Part shown: positions 63,401 through 64,000 of the stretch, piece by piece | Numbering within the stretch: the stretch's first letter is position 1 | How the letters are laid out: every line of letters starts with the position of its first letter | NCBI GenBank assembly: GCA_963767925.1 | Contig: CAVYGB010000010.1 | Span: 256,001 to 320,000 of the forward strand | Reading direction: 5' to 3' | Source of the DNA: an uncultured delta proteobacterium | GTDB taxonomy: Bacteria; Myxococcota_A; Polyangia; Fen-1088 | Length of the DNA stretch: 64,000 nucleotides | The notes under the pieces: model-generated | Databases searched by the model: none | Told to the model about the DNA's origin: nothing | The model's input: the letters and a program-made list of their open reading frames with translations, nothing else | Position numbers and translations under genes: made by a program

Positions 63401-64000
63401 TGCGGGGGAGGCTCCTGCAACGTGAGCTGCCCCGGGGGGCAGACCAACTGCGGGGGGACCTGCCGCAACCTCGGCAACGACGAGGCCAACTGCGGGGCCT
63501 GCGGGACCACCTGCGGCGCCAACCAGACCTGCTGTGGCGGGGCCTGCCGCAACCTCCAGAACGACGGGACCAACTGCGGCTCCTGCGGCACGAGCTGCGG
63601 CTCCAACCAGACCTGCCAGGGCGGCGCCTGCGTGATCAACTGCGGGCCCGGGCAGACCGCCTGCAGCGGCACCTGTCGCGACCTGCAGGACGACGAGGCC
63701 AACTGCGGGATGTGCGGCCGGGCCTGCGGGCCCAGCCAGTCCTGCTGCGGCGGCACCTGCCGCAACCTCAACAACGACGAGGCCAACTGTGGCGGCTGCG
63801 GGACCACCTGCTCCGGCACCCAGACCTGCATGGGGGGCACCTGCGTCGTCAACTGCCCGCCGGGGCAGACCAACTGCGGCGGCACCTGCCGCAGCTTGCA
63901 GGACGACGAGGCCAACTGCGGCTTCTGCGGCACCACCTGCGGGGGCAATCAGAGCTGCTGCGGCGGGGTCTGCCGCAACCTGCAGGAGGACGAGAACCAC
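60470..64000 (+). CDS. Giant cysteine-rich repeat lipoprotein (runs off the window edge)
   Basis: Manual translation: MSKVAGFARGLLAAAALLSLSC lipobox, then C..D..C.S.FC.DGVCC..AC repeats and CxxLxxDxxNCGxCGxxC repeats. The 60467..64000 minus ORF is its in-frame antisense shadow. Confidence 0.9.
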   Translation, partial: MSKVAGFARGLLAAAALLSLSCSTKAFNTKAVGTSAGADAGVRPPGGSTGENGDGKDPSAPLCPSEVASPKAVGQTCACDIECATGTCLGRVCCAGSACTPLSPLGAVCEDDAECQSSFCADGVCCNVACSGACVSCNQAEQMGECTPIPAGGEDIHNVCRRDSPDSCGQSGFCNGQGGCAKYAAGTTCQLASCEGGGKESFIPASLCDGEGTCINGSAISCSPSTCEGGACRSSCTSTADCMTPNSCVSGSCGPKGPGQDCTSNNQCASNFCVDGVCCESACNTPCTFCANPDARGKCVPVRAGSIDQRTARGERDPARACQDEGPTSCGNDGRCNGQGGCQKYREGTVCRDPRCDSAANTETRAGTCMGGSCRVPQPQTCGPYKGCSGSACRGSCGSDSQCVSPNVCISGDCGRKPTGAVCSRAAECMSNVCAQGRCCSAACGGTCKSCALPGREGTCSNVGAGGADPTGTCRDDACSNGCDGNGGCRREIAGTTCGGATCSGNARVTRTCNASGSCQTANFACGAGFTCNGGSCVAAPKQNGDPCVSAAECASNLCTNNVCCAGACGGACKECQRGTGACVNRVGGCGSGGTCMTGTCCQGGQTNCGGACRNLDSDEANCGRCGGACAPGLTCVNGACTLVCNPPERVCGGDCVDVTSDIRHCGDCNNPCPAGSTCTRGACTCSGGRTLCGNTCVDTGSTEAHCGGCNRPCGPGQLCVGGSCQATCNTVMCGATCCAPGQVCSSGRCCPAGQASCGGACRDLDEDEAFCGACNKRCGVGETCCGGTCKNLGNDAANCGTCGSACAMGQRCVAGDCSAICEGTPCGEQCCQGATPVCSDERCCPTGQANCGGACRNFNNDEANCGACGRACGAGQTCCSGVCRSLQSDESHCGTCGRACGANQSCEGGACNVNCPPGQTNCGGSCQNLQNDGSNCGMCGRACGANQTCCGGTCKSLETDPANCGMCGRTCGANQMCGGGSCNVSCPGGQTNCGGTCRNLGNDEANCGACGTTCGANQTCCGGACRNLQNDGTNCGSCGTSCGSNQTCQGGACVINCGPGQTACSGTCRDLQDDEANCGMCGRACGPSQSCCGGTCRNLNNDEANCGGCGTTCSGTQTCMGGTCVVNCPPGQTNCGGTCRSLQDDEANCGFCGTTCGGNQSCCGGVCRNLQEDENH
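63002..64000 (+). repeat. 213-bp (71-aa) tandem coding repeat, at least 4.7 copies
   Basis: Units start at TGC codons 63002, 63215, 63428, 63641 and 63854; 14 Cys in the first unit. Confidence 0.9.

Noticed and set aside
60467..64000. 1177-aa Ala/Gly-rich minus-strand ORF
   Set aside because: In-frame antisense shadow of the Cys-rich lipoprotein (TGC reads as GCA).

Overview
Very GC-rich bacterial chromosomal segment. Gene content (Cys-rich lipoproteins, VWA lipoprotein, Hanks kinase, many hybrid kinases, Ku) suggests a myxobacterium-like Myxococcota genome; this is inference. From left to right: the tig-clpP-clpX-(orf)-lon cluster; an 8-repeat zinc-ribbon protein; mutT-like NUDIX; a hybrid kinase and divergent HD-GYP regulator; PCD, apaG, a DUF1501 + DUF1549/1553 pair, DUF72 and Ku. 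A long minus-strand envelope block follows: di-heme peroxidase-family lipoprotein, porin, cupredoxin-like protein, receptor-type Ser/Thr kinase, monoheme cytochrome c, M28 peptidase, two beta-propeller lipoproteins and an OM barrel. After it come MerR-TPR, osmC, tsaE, an M14-type hydrolase, topB, a CPA2-USP antiporter, HupE/UreJ plus PPIase, a partner-switching cluster, gnd-zwf, a GAF kinase and the start of a giant Cys-rich repeat lipoprotein. Three single-base frameshifts look like assembly indels. I found no rRNA, tRNA, CRISPR or mobile element. Best leads: (1) the peroxidase-porin-cupredoxin-kinase operon as a candidate trans-envelope redox/copper signalling system; (2) a sigma54-type promoter with phased enhancer repeats ahead of a structured non-coding region at about 42.47-42.87 kb; (3) the tandem zinc-ribbon protein; (4) widespread leaderless-type promoters; (5) a Lon whose conserved long-helix motif is replaced.
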